Source of the DNA: Catajapyx aquilonaris
Lineage: Eukaryota
Assembly: GCA_000934665.2 (NCBI GenBank)
Contig: KZ538510.1
Location: 1 to 64,000 of the forward strand
Reading direction: 5' to 3'
DNA length: 64,000 nt
Shown here: one piece after another, positions 14,791 through 28,133 of the stretch
Position numbering within the stretch: the first letter of the stretch is position 1
How the letters are laid out: each line of letters begins with the position of its first letter
The notes under the pieces: model-generated
Databases searched by the model: none
What the model was told of the DNA's origin: nothing
Seen by the model: only the letters and a program-made list of their open reading frames with translations
Translations under genes and position numbers: made by a program

Positions 14791-17700
14791 GCTGTCGTTT
14801 ACCTTGCAATCGCAGTCGTGTCGGTGTCCACCTCCCGTAAGTAACGACAGCTCATTGCTTTGCGGAAAAACGAAAGCGATTCCCATTCTAAGAGTGGTTT
14901 GTCCTTGCAGATGAGGTGGTTCGCCGAGATGCAGGATCCCCAAAGGTCGTATTCTGCTACTACACCAACTGGTCCGTATATAGGCAAGGAACGGCCAAGT
15001 TTGCACCTGAGAACATCAACCCTTATCTCTGCACTCATCTCATCTACGCTTTTGGTGGCATCAACAACGACTTCCAAGTCAGGCCGTTTGACAAATACCA
15101 AGACATTGAGAAAGGTAAGACGTTCACATCCCCTGAGAGAATCGTGTGAAAGTTGCTATTGTTATAACTTGGGTGAGAAAACTGGTGTCGTCAATCCCTC
15201 AGGTGGGTACGCCAAATTCAACGGATTGAAGACATACAACAAGGCTTTGAAGACGTTGCTAGCCATTGGTGGCTGGAATGAAGGCTCCAAGCGTTTCTCC
15301 CACCTGGTGGAGGAAGCGGATACTAGGAAGGACTTTGTTCGAAGCGCGATCCGGTTCCTGCGACAGTACAACTTCGACGGGCTAGATCTGGACTGGGAGT
15401 ATCCGGCCTTTAGAGACGGGGGTCGAAAGCAGGACCGAGAGAACTATGCCCTCTTGGTCAAGGTAGGCGATGCCCACTTCCCACACAACAACAATAATAA
15501 GGATAATAAAGAAAGGGAGGGAAAACGCTATCGAAAAGAGTGGCGATGTGAGCGTGAGAACATCACAAATCATGCGGCTCAAACCTGGGCGCGCATTTTG
15601 CATTGTGTGCCAATTATTACCAGGTGGAAACAAGGAGGACTCATGGTGTAATGGCAGCACACTGGGCTTTTTGTCCAGCGGTCCGAGTTCGAATCTCGGT
15701 GAGTCCTTCCAAATTCCGCACGGGTTTCATACAAGGTAACTACAAAAGGTCACATTTAATCATTATACTCGTAAACTTAATACATATATTATCATGTATA
15801 TCAGGATGTCCTGCATCATCCAGTTGAAGGTAAATTACCCGTCTTTGCAGCACAGGCTTAATATATGAAAGTAAGGACTAATGCTTATCCAAGGATATCA
15901 GACATCATCCCATTGTAATATTGATAATAAGAAGGTTAGATGTAATAAATAATAATTTCTTATAAGCAGAAAATGACGCTTTAGTGTTATTGGCATACTA
16001 TAGTAGTAGCCAGTAGTGTTTAGAAAAGGAGTTCTCAGTTGTTTGCTTGCCTCTAGAATGACTCGATCGATCGGTCATCGTGGGGGAGAGATAAGTGTGT
16101 CCCCCAGCAATGTTCCACAGACATAGCTTCCGGGAGCCAGAGCATCCGAACTCGCCGGTTAATTACTCGGAAGTCAAGCTGTCTAATTCGTATGGTCACA
16201 TTCTGGCCAATCGTTCGTGATCTTTCCGCCACCTCTCAATGGAATATTTCTTTAAACTGAAAGCAGAGTATAATTCCACTGGACTGCACATTTCCAGCTA
16301 TATGCACAGGATGATTACCATGTTGGTCCAATGCCAGGCTTGAGGAAAGAAACATTGTCTGGGATTTACTCATTATCCCCTAATCATGTCCATGAGTCTA
16401 CTTTGTGACTACATACTGTATAGGTATAGAAATCCTAATCTCGATCCAATCGAACCAAATTCTGTGAAAAATATTTTGAATTGTGGCTGTCGTGAGGTAT
16501 GTATTGGGAAATTCCATAGCAAATTTGCACCAACAGTGGCAACTGCAATATTTTCTGCTAGAATTCCCATTTCTGCACAATGAGTTATATTTCCAGAAAC
16601 AGGAACCAAAGGTCCCACTTTTCCACCTTTCTTCACGTGCTCAATGGAAGAAAATGAATGATTTCTGTGCAAACTTACCTTTAGATTATACTGTACAATT
16701 AAAAGCATCTTTACAGACACAATTTTCTCCTCCTTGTAGTAGCCTATACACCAACAGAAGATTGATAAAAATTCGCCTCTTCAAAATTCACACTTAAAGT
16801 TAAATAATATTGCTGTCCCCTTCACCCTTCTGCAGGTGAAACTGTGGCTATATTTACTTGATAATTACGTCGCATATGATTAAGGTGAAGATTATGCATA
16901 TAATTTGCTCTATCGGTGCGACACCCTGATCATATTATCAATGTCGAACACTACAAATGGAATAGAATTCCCATTTTCTAGGATCTACGAGATGCATTCG
17001 ACTCTGAGAGCCAGAAAAGTGGCCGCAACCGGTTAATTCTAACTATGGCAGTACCTGCCGGAATCGAATACATCGACAAAGGATACGATGTGTCGGCCCT
17101 CAACAGGTAGGGTTCCCAATCAACCAGTTAGAATCTGACACTGACACCATCCTTGCTCAGGTACTTGGATTACTTCAACCTGCTGAGCTACGACTACCAT
17201 TCGGCTTATGAGCCGGCAGTCAACCACCATGCCGCACTTAGGCCCACCACAAAGGCCCTGTCAGAGTACGACGTAGAAGATCAACTCAACATTGTAAGTC
17301 CGACCTATTTTGTGGTTCTCTTTCAATATTTTCGGCATCTTTTTCTCGTTTGTAGGAGTATACCATTGAGTACTATATACGAAAAGGAGCTGACAAGAGC
17401 AAGCTGGTTGTTGGAATTCCGACTTACGGTCGTTCATACACACTTTTTAATCCGGATGCTACCGATTTAGGATCACCTGCTGAAGGTCCAGGCGAAAAAG
17501 GAAAAGCTACTAAAGAGGCTGGCTATCTAGCCTATTATGAGGTAAGTGGATCGTGTTATGGGCTGACTCTTTCAACTAATCCTCTTGCCAATGAGAAAAG
17601 TTTTCTATTGATAAAGTTCATACTATAAAAGGACAGTAACATTCCCCTCATCCCCCTCAAATAAAAGGGGGAAAAAAACAAAGTCCAGCAAAAGTGATAT

Positions 17701-20700
17701 CCATTAAAGATTTCCCATCGATTTCCGGGAACTAGTGGAGTAAATGACACACTTGGGTCACCTCAACACCGAAGTTATTAGTGCGACCAATGGCTGCTAG
17801 TTATTCACACCAAATCAGAACTCATCAGTGAAAATGGCTGTATGCCTTCAATTCGGTCAAGGACAACGTCTCCTTTGATCAACGTTGAGAGTCTATGACT
17901 TTTCATTTCACATAATGAGCTCAGTGAAACCTCGTTACGATGCGGTTGAACTGGCGTCAGTAAGCGGGATAAACAAGGAGATGAAGGCGGAAATATTGCT
18001 ATGAATATTCCAGGAAAAGAGGGCAACGTCTTTCGAAACTCAATTCTGTCACATTTTGGACAACAAAGTTAACGTTGGCTTTTTTGCCTTCTTTTTTACG
18101 AGAATAGAAACCTTTCATGGTGGTCAAAATGGTCACTAAACCAGTGTCGTTAAAGAGGTGAATAACATTTTTGCTTTCATCTTTGATCCACTCCACCTGA
18201 TTGGGGGCAGGGAAGTTCCAACTCTCAATATCTCTATTATAAGTCAAATCGACCCTTAATATTTATTATTATTGATACAAATAATATTTATTAATTATTA
18301 GACATTAAACATGAATCAATAATAATAAACCAGAAAATAAACGATACCCACTCCTCGCAGTAGCTGCACAGTTAATTAGAGCATTGAGCACGTAGCCCTA
18401 ATCACCGAGCTTCAGTTTTCCAGCCTTAGACCATCCGTAACAAATCCGTGCTACAAACAACAAATATAGGATAATATCTCTTTGCATCGCGGAATGAAGC
18501 TTAGGGAAGTGATTTACAATCTTTACAAACACTTTCTCTGCGTAACAGGACTTCCTGAGATTGTTTCGCCCATTATGCGCTGTTCATTACGACTCTCGGT
18601 GAAAGTCAACATCTCGCTAAAGCAAGACATGAGCCGCGTGAATTCCTCTGCTCACTAATGATTACAACATCAAAAACGATTCTTCTCAGTTTTCAGCCAG
18701 TACAGAGAGCCCTCTCAAGCCTAACGTGATACCTACACTCTGTGCATGTGGTGGGCTAAATGTCTTCTAGTTAGAAAATAATGGAAGTGCAAAAGAAAGC
18801 ACATTTTATCACGATCGCCCCAATTCTATTCATTAGCAAACAGACACACACAAAACCTCACTTAGTAATCCTTTGTTAGTGTATTTACCACAATTAACAT
18901 TGCAGATATGTGACAATGTACTCAATCATGCTTGGCAAGTAACAAAGGAGTACCCTCAAGCACAAGGTCCGTATGCATTCAAAGGAAACCAGTGGGTAGG
19001 ATACGATGATGAAGACATCGCACGAGAAAAGGTAACCACGTTCTACGTGCACGACACGAATACAATTGCGGTAACATTAGACTTGAGTAATTCACTGATT
19101 GAATTAAGCAGGGTAAACAATGCAACTTTAGCCACCTCACTCTCCACTTGCGCCAATTGGAGCATCCTGGAGAGTTTGATGAATTTTTCCAGCTTGGATT
19201 CTCAAGTCTATAGTTACAGACCTCGTATTTGCATTAGTTCCTAGCCATGTATGCAAATAAAGTCACAAGTATAATTTCAACACAGGCCAAATTTGTACGA
19301 GAGGAGGGTCTTGGAGGAATTATGTTTTGGTCAATTGACAATGATGACTTTCGGGGCACTTGCCACCGACGTCCCTATCCACTCATCGAAGCTGCCAAGG
19401 AAGCGCTCTTCATGGGAGATGCCAAGCATAATTTGTGAGTGTCTTGGAATAACACTATAAATTAAGGTCCCACCAAAAATAAACACGTGTCCAAGATGCC
19501 AAATGTGTGGGTTTATTTACTACCACACAGTTACATGGCATCATATTGTGCGAGTGATAGCATAATTTTTTTTGAGACAGGTCGGGGCATTTGAGGGATG
19601 TCAAACTATAGTAGGCTAATAGTAATAAGTCTCCAACTTTTCAGAAATGAAGTGAGCACAAATTCAGTGAACAAGCCATCACGTCCTACAAGCAGCCTAT
19701 TCAGGCCTCCACAGTCCCGAAATCGGGGTACAACGTCGTCTTACAGTACTTCAGCTTCACGATCCATATTTTCTCGGCCTCGTCCATCTCGACTAACATC
19801 TCCCACTACTTCTACTACCACTACTACCACCACGCAACAGCCAAGAACGACCAGACCACGCTCTGGCCAAAGAAGAAAGAGGCCAACGCGTAGAAGACCA
19901 GGATCGAGAAGGAGAACAACTACTGCACCCACCACGACTACAACAACCTCTACTACTTCTACCACTACTACCACTACCACCCCTACACCGCCATTTAATC
20001 ATCTCAGCACTCCGGAACCACCTACAACTCCAGATCCAGGAACAGGTATAACTTAAATCAGTCCTTGCCTACTTATGACAATAATATTGTATGCATAAAA
20101 AATTCGCTGCCTGATTTTGGAATTTTTCAGATTTCGAGTGTAAGGATGAGGGATTCTACCCGCATCCACGTGACTGCAAAAAGTACTTCTGGTGTCTGGA
20201 CAGTGGCCCATCCAGCCTGGGCCTCATTGCACATCAGTTTACCTGCCCTTCTGGTACGCATACCTGCCCTTCGTTATTAAACCATTATTTTTATGATTAA
20301 ATTAATTACACTTCAGTTTCATATCCTATGGCATCTCCTTTCAGGCCTATATTTCAACAAAGGGACTGATTCGTGTGACTACAGCCGTAATGTGGTATGT
20401 CGACAGCCCACAACAACCACAACGACGACATCAAAACCAACAGTGACAACTACTACACGCTCTCCCATCACCCTGAGGACCAGACCTCCCACAACCACCA
20501 CCACCACTACCACCACTACAACTACCCCACCTCCACCCCCACCTCCGGAAGAAGAGGAAGACTACGAATACTACGACGACTACAGCGATGAAGAGGGCGA
20601 TGGCGAAAACCCAGCCACTCTGAAGGAATTGGTTGATCTGATCAAACGGTTCGGAGGAATCGAAGAACTGGAGCGTTATTTGGAAGGTGCCAATCCGGAA

Positions 20701-23700
20701 TCCGGATCCTCCTTGTCTACTGACACCAGAAATAGGCTCAGCAAACTCCTGCCCGGACTGGGAACCACAACTGCGGCGCCAGCCAGTCAACCGGCTTACA
20801 GCAGAAGGTATTTATTTTCAACGTAATAAATGAAACACAGACTCTGAAGATAACGGTGGTCAAAAAATCAATTTTTAGATTACTATACACTTCTACATGG
20901 CTCTAGGCCAATACCAATAAGTTATACTGGGCGCTAATCTCTAGTTACAGTACAATTCAGCGTAATCAGCCGCAAAACCCGCAAGCCGATGCTTCCGAGG
21001 CCGAAATAAAAGAGGAGGCACCACCAAAACGAAATGGGCTTCCTTTCTCTAGGAGACCACAATATGTCACTCTTCAACGAAGCAGGTAGGTCTGAGCTGC
21101 ATTTCATAACACTGCTACATATTCATTATTATGAAAATTGTATTCGTGTATCAGCAGAGTTAATGTGATAATATTTGTCTTTGTCGTTAGGCCGACTGTG
21201 GTACAAGAGGATGCAGAATCGTCCATAGAGGAGGAGAGTTACGATGGCGACGTGCGTGGAGGAAGCATTTCTTCAAAACCGGTCCAATCACCAGAAAGGA
21301 AATATGTTACCATAAACAGGGTACGACCAAATGTACCCACAGAATCGGAGGAAGAGGACGGTCAGAGGAACCAAAGAACGGGAGTGGACTCGTACAATGA
21401 TCGGAGGTAATGGAGCACAGCTTTCTTCTTTAAATTTATGCCTGCTTAAGTAGTGCTAAAGCCCTAGTAAATTCTGAAAATGCTGCACTTTCATTGAAGA
21501 ACGGTTCGGTGCATAAACAGGTGAATCCCATTATAGTGTAAGATGGGAAAAGAAAACGGGGTCGTTCTCTAAATGGGAGGTTAAGAATTTGCGACGTGCC
21601 GGTCTGGCGGTTACTGAATATTGATGCCAATGTCCAAAAATGTACCGCTGAGAGGAAAATTGACAGTACTGAATGTCCTATCTCTACTAAAAATACCGTA
21701 ACATAAATAGAAAATAGTAACCATCTGATATATTATTTACATATAATTTTTCAGGTACGTTACCATCCAAAGACAGAGACCTTCCACAACACCAAGTGCC
21801 GAAGATGATTATGAGGACGAAGAAGAAGTAAGTGTTTCACGCAACTAGAGTATAAAAGAAGAAAAATCAATCATCACAGACCGTAACTGTATGGTCTGGT
21901 CCATGCTTTCACGAGATGAGTAGGTCTACCGGTAATTGAAAAGCCTGTGCGGTGGTAGCTTGACCAGCATCATAACGAGCTTGCCTGGGTTTGGCCAAAT
22001 CGAAAACGTGGCCATCAAGCAGCAGGCGGCATAAAGAGAAGCTTGGAATAATCATCGAGGGGATGATTATCTCCTATACCAGCCAGATGAGTTTCACTTT
22101 ACTATCGATTGACACTGCCTATCGCCGAGGCGCATCGAGTCCAGAGAGGCTATAAAATCTCAGCGATTTCCAACACTATACTAGTCATGTCAACAACATT
22201 TTTCGAGCAACTTTGTAAAAGCGAATGTTGTCAGCGAGATTGTACGAGTAGAGAAGTGCTAGGTTATTTTGAGGGGAGAATGTAAAAGGTGGTGTAAAAG
22301 GACTAGGCTATTCCCAAAGTCATTTGGCGGGTATTAGCTCACGATGATGGACTTTATTTTCCGAAGTTTAAGAGTGGAGGGATGTGACGAACAGAAGAGC
22401 CGTTTGAGCACATTGCCTTCGTTTTATGTCGACTTTCGCCACATTTACACATACTAAAGGGAAGAGACTTCGCCACACTGTTACAAAAGCTATAAATGCA
22501 TCTTCTTTCAGCCCGTCCCTACAACGACTACTACAACTACCAGTACCACCACGGCTCGTCCGGTGCGAATCAGGCCACGACAACGTCACCGTCCTCGACC
22601 TACCACACCTAGACCGTTGACCCTGCGAACCACAACCGTCTTCTCTCCGGAGCCACCAACTACTCAAGCGCCAGTACGCATTCGGGCACGGACCAGGGGC
22701 CCAGCCGTACGTCGACGGCCCACTGCTGTTTCCAGACATGCCAACTCCTTCGTTAGGAGGCAGGGTGAAGAGGCAACATCCACAACTGCTGCCCCTGCAC
22801 CAGTCCAAGATGATGTGGAGTCTCCTCAAGAGCTGGTGGTTGTTACCACTAGCACCACTAGATCGGCTCGACGATTCAGCCCTTCCGCGAGGGCATCTAC
22901 CAGAAGGGTGTCCACTCCAACTGCAACCGAACCGGTAACTACTACCAGAAGAGTACCGAGCACCACAGTGTTGGTGAGTACCACCCGCAAGGTGTCCACC
23001 AGCACTAGTCCGGCCCAGAGAGATCCAGATGTGATTTCGTCAGCGTCGTCGGCAGCGGCGAGTACTCCAACCGCCTATGAATACGACGATGAATACGATT
23101 TGTCCGAAGAGGAAGCCGTGAGTCGGGTGTTGGCGACAGAAAGTGTCAAAGAGGAGGAAGTGACCGCGCCATATGGCACCCTTCTGGACGGCGAAATACA
23201 AGTCGGATCATTCGCATCATTGGCCAGCTCACTGGACACTACACCTAGGGCTATCCCTCTGCGAACCACTTCCCGAGTTATCCCATTCCAGTCCACCACA
23301 AGAGTTGTCCCACTACAGACCACAACTCGAGTGGTCCCACTACAGACCACATCACGAATAGTCCCACTACAGACCACGTCTCGACTTGTGCCAGTACAAA
23401 CAACCCCGAGGATCATCCCTCTTCAGACCACCTCAAGAGTTGCCTCCCGAGGCGATCGCGTGTTGTCGTCTCGAGAAGACTCAAACGAACTGTCCGGCGA
23501 CGACGAAGACGACATTGTGACTACTACAGGTCCTGCCCTGCGCAAACCCACCTACAGACCGACCAGCAGTACTATCAGAAGTACCCTCAGGCCAACTGCT
23601 AGTCTTCCACGAGCATTCAGCAGGTCACCCCTTCGAAGACCTACACCCACCAGCACCACCCGTCGCACCACAACCATCGCTGTCGACGACTACTACGACG

Positions 23701-23957
23701 ACTATGAAGACCCCATCCAATATGCCCTCTCTTTGGTACCTCTTTCGGACAAAGTGTCGGTCATGCCTGATGGAGAAATCGCCTGCTTGGACCGTGGTAC
23801 TTTTCCACATCCTCAATCTTGCCGAAGATTCATTCATTGCGCCAGAATGGAGGATGGCAATATTCGAGGATGGGCCTACACTTGCCCCAAACGTCTGGTG
23901 TTTGATCCCGTGGGAGGCATTTGCAACTGGTCAGGTGGATATACCTGCAACGAATGA
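14791..23957 (+). CDS. Cht6: Group VI (Cht6-like) chitinase: signal peptide, GH18, CBM14, Ser/Thr/Pro-rich linker, C-terminal CBM14; start exon uncertain
   Basis: Phase-consistent GT-AG exons: 14791-14836, 14911-15114, 15203-15462, 16982-17106, 17161-17293, 17356-17541, 18906-19031, 19286-19434, 19645-20045, 20131-20253, 20345-20807, 20945-21085, 21191-21406, 21755-21827, 22512-23957. Motifs: CYYTNWSVYR, KTLLAIGGW, catalytic FDGLDLDWEYP, SYDYH, GGIMFWSIDNDD; CBM14s FECKDEGFYPHPRDCKKYFWC...C and CLDRGTFPHPQSCRRFIHC...C. One phase-compatible start candidate is ATG|gtaaat at 14036-14038 (unverified). Gene symbol is from architecture and recalled similarity. Confidence 0.9.
15637..15707 (+). ncRNA. 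tRNA-Gln-scaffold cloverleaf, copy A (chitinase intron), aberrant anticodon loop CTTTTTG
   Basis: GGACTCA-TG-GTGT AATGGCA GCAC-A-CTGGG CTTTTTG TCCAG-CGGT-CCGAG TTCGAAT CTCGG-TGAGTCC-T. All four stems pair; A and B boxes present; internal T5 run. Confidence 0.75.
23238..23441 (+). repeat. Coding 27-bp tandem repeat (9-aa unit TTxRxxPLQ, about 7.5 copies)
   Basis: TTPRAIPLR TTSRVIPFQ STTRVVPLQ TTTRVVPLQ TTSRIVPLQ TTSRLVPVQ TTPRIIPLQ TTSRV in the last chitinase exon. Confidence 0.9.
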
Positions 23958-26900
23958 ACTCGCTCATACCTTTTCAGAGACTTTTGCTCAACGCTTCCCC
24001 AGTTTTTTTGGCATCTGAGAGCAGGAACGATGGACCAGTGTGATATTGTTGTTCTCTAATACCATGCACCTAGCTTCTTCTTAAAAATATATTTTGCAAT
24101 TTCAAGACCAGTCTGGGAAACCTTTTAGCATGTGTGTACTAGACTATTGAGGCTAAGGTTGGAATTGCATTTTTTTTTGTTTTTAAGGAGACGCTAGGAG
24201 TACACTTAACGGCAGTACGGTTGTCTGTCCTTCATTCTTAATTATTATTATTATTATTTTTTTTTACTTTACCGAATCCAGCGTGACGATAGTAAGTAGA
24301 GGATAACCACAATGTGTGCAAAACAATCTGCATGACGACACAATGGCAACAAATGCTGACCATCAGGGCATAATCTAGGTTAAAGTTTGTTTAATAAAAA
24401 AAAGGAATGAAAACCATTTGCAGTTTCAGACTCTTAAAACCTAGACTAAAGCTAGAGATTCGCACGGTACTGATTTATCCTTGGAAATGCTGGAGGTTAT
24501 TTTCTGCTGGATCAACGTCCCCTAGGGAATGCCTCTTCTGTTCTTCGACGAAAAACTTGTTCCGTCGGAATGAAGTCTACGCACACTCCCAAGTCTCTAT
24601 CCCGCTTATTATGCCGCAGATGATGAAAGATCACCAGAAAAAAAACGGTGCACTTTGCCAGATTTTTCTTCCAGAAAAATCGAAAGAATGCTATACCGGT
24701 ATATACTAGCATTTGCGTCGTTTTAAAATTCCAGAACCATGCAAGTAGCTATTTTCAGACACAACAGCCATACGTTCCTCTTCCGTCAGATGTGACAGGT
24801 AAGTGCAAAACATTATGATGCGTAGGGCCATTCCGTCAGTTCTGGTAAAGTGCGCAAAGGATGAAAATAAACAAGACCTTGTCCGAATAAAGCCACCTGG
24901 CTTGGCTCCTTGCCTACGTAGGTTTCATCCTCAATTGTTCCGTGATGTTCCGTCCAATTTTGCGGCTTCTTCAAATCGCAATTAACATGTCAAAAGTGCC
25001 ATCACAGCGCCATAACTCTCAACCAGCACTTAAACAGCGATAAGCATAAATCATGTAAAGAACCGGCAGATAGGCATATGCAGAAGCGCAATTGCTACAA
25101 AAAAAATGTTCTAAGAATAGTACTTTGTGAATTTACCGCTCCGATAAGAAAAGTGATGGGCACTAAACCCACGTCAGAGTAGATAAACCCATTTAATTGA
25201 CCAGTCACGACCAACAATTAATTGGGCATTATGTTAGCTTCCAATATGGGGAATGATATCATATGTGAGGTCGAGTGTGGTTGGTGGAATCCGGGCGTTA
25301 GTATGTTAGGATGTGAAAACGGAAACTGCGGGCAGGAAAACAAAAGCTTCGTTCCAGTTCAAGGTTCCTCAAGGTGATAAACGAGAGGGTGAGTGTAACT
25401 TTGCAGTGAGCGAGTTACTGAGTGTGAGGCACCGCGCCGGGTGTGAGGCATATTCAGGGGGCGACTCATGGTAAGTACTTTTGAATATAAAGGTACTGAT
25501 GTGATAATATACGTACATTTTATTTAAAAATTAGCGAACATATAGATGAACAGGAAAATGTAATGTCACGTAACACTGAGCTAGTCAGCATCTGACGTCA
25601 GACCTTGGAGTCATTATTTATACTGTATAGGTAGCACAGAAAGCTCGGAAAATAAACTGTCACTAAATTTATCGGCAAAAAAGATAAGCAATTGCATGCT
25701 GCTAGTTATATGCTAGTAATTGCCTAATATTGCATGGTATTGTGGGGGCAAGTCATTATACATTGAGTTATTCACTGAAGTCACCTTCATGAGCACTAGA
25801 GGGGGAAAAATCGCTTGCCTAACTCATTTTTTCGCTATTAATTATTTTATCCATGACATCGGAGTAGTTGAGGTGACGGTGATGGATTTTCGGCTTAAAC
25901 AGGTTTCAGAATTATTTTTTTCTGTAAAATGGATACCACAGGTAAGTGCCGGGAAATTATAAAGACTCATCTTTCTCCTGCCAATATCCCTGAACTAGTC
26001 ATCCAAAATGTTCATTAACCTACAGTACATATACTGCCACATTAATTACTCCAACGTACCAAGGGTTCAATTATTTACACACCGAAGAACAGTAATTATT
26101 ATTACCATACTGCATTTTTACATTCTTCTGCATATTATTTACTTAGAGATGCAGATTATGCTATGCTTTGACCCTTATTACGACACTCCTTCGCTATGCC
26201 GCTCCCTAGAGCTCATAGAAAAACACAATTTACATGTCATGAATTGAAGTCAGTATTCTGTTTGCATGAGGGCAGGGTATGAAATTAGGGGTTGGGACTA
26301 AAGTCAGCTGAGAATTTTTCGTCGAGTTGCGGAATTTTAAGAAAATAATCAGTCCTTCCACTGAAGTCACCTCAACATCAAATTAGAAGCCAATTTCACC
26401 TCACTTGCATCCGGTTTTGTTCGCACAGACGCACTTCATCGCCCACCTGTAATTAAAAAAAGAAAAATATCCAAGGCTGCCAATTGCCAAGGGCTATCGC
26501 GGACTTTCTGAGGAGTTCTCAGAAAGCACCAAGAACGCTCTCTAATCAGGTCCGTTGTTTTCTCCCCCTCCTTTTCCATGCCGCAGCTTTCAACCCAAGA
26601 CCATGTGCGTCATGATTATTTTTTGGCCCAGAAAAATTCTTGCCGGTCAAGAGCGTGTCCAAAATGTCGGCTGGCTTGCCTTCCGGCAAATAAAGTCGCA
26701 TACTCAAACATGGGTCACTGGGTCCCTATTATGATATAGGCTACCTTTGTTACAATAGTGTCTAACGCCCACAGTGTCAAGGTCACTTTAGTTGTCAGTC
26801 ATGCTACGAAGTTGCCTCATTCCTGTGCTACCCATACACGGATGTGTCACTGTCGAGTGCAAAATAGCAATTTGTAATCATCCCCAGCGAAATAATCAAA

Positions 26901-27798
26901 AGGAAGTGCATCCGTCACAAAGTCGTACACAAGCCGTATATCGCAACTCTGTCGGCCAGACCAGTCGCCATTTGTTTCTATAGTCTTCCTGGTGATTATT
27001 CAATTCACTTCGTTACGGCCTCTTTTGTAACCTCCCTCGAGTCACCAGATGAAGGATGGTTGCTGGCAGCCCGAGTGGAAGTGTACAGACAGGCAAAGAA
27101 GTAAAAAATGAAAATCTAGACATGTTTGTCTGACAACGTCATATGTATATGAGTCTGGTAGCATTTTTGTAGATTGGACGTAAAGATAATGAAGAAGCAC
27201 TATTAGAACAAGTCCGCACTTGTTGGCTATATTAGCCAATTATGAAGTGCTGTAAAATATAGAGCAAATACTACTTCACGTCGATATAATGAGGCTGCAC
27301 TTGCATGAAATAATAAGAAGCATGTAGAGGTTTGTTCAAAATTAAATAAGTGAAACATAGGCTACCTAATCCTTAATTGATAATGTGACTGATGTAAAAT
27401 AAATTAAGCGAAACAGCAGCGGATTTAACTCAATCGAACACGAACATGTAAGTGACTGACAGTAATATTCCTTTAAAAGTTATCCTCATTTTTAATGTGG
27501 GGTTATGTTCTCCTAATTTGCCCATTCCTAACTTATAACCCGGCCTGAATGCAAAAGATTGAGTTTTAGTTGGAGCCGATGAGTTTGTCTGTGATAAGGC
27601 CAGTAACCTATACTTCACACCCACTATAGGCGTAACAGCTTCCCCGGCACAAGTGTATGATTAAGTCAGACGGCGTGGAACAATTGCTCATTGATTTTAG
27701 ATGGCGGAATAGATTCGCCTCTATCCGTTTACACTCACTCATATACGTCACTTTACTCTTGACCATCAATTCCATTGATCAAAATATTGAACAGTAAT

Positions 27799-28101
27799 AG
27801 TTATAATTAATTATAATTCATACACCGTTATCAGCCATCGGCTCTTTAGGGGGGAAGTTTGTTTTGCCTGGAACTCTTTGCTTTCATTTTACTGTGCTCT
27901 TTGGGATAGGATAGGGACGGAAGGAAGCGGCTGTGGCCTATTAATTACGGAAGCAACTCCGGAATTTTCCTGGAAGGACCGTGGGAAACCACAGAAAACC
28001 ACGGTCAGAGTTGCCAGCCCCGGGATTCGAACCCAGGACCTCCCGATTAGCAGTCGGACCGAGAGTCGGACGCCTTATCCACTATGCCAACCTGCTTCGG
28101 T
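27799..28101 (-). mobile_element. tRNA-derived SINE, family 2, full-length
   Basis: Minus-strand head with A box TGGCATAGTGG and B box GGTTCGAATCC; AT-rich tail; 15-bp TSD ATATTGAACAGTAAT at 27784-27798 and 28102-28116. Confidence 0.9.
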
Positions 28102-28133
28102 ATATTGAACAGTAATGTAGGCAATTGAGGTGT

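Noticed and set aside
17805..18247. Antisense ORFs inside a chitinase intron
   Set aside because: No recognisable motif or splice structure; at most an unidentifiable decayed fragment.
19741..23837. Val/Gly/Ser-rich minus-strand ORFs
   Set aside because: Antisense shadows of the Thr/Pro-rich chitinase exons.
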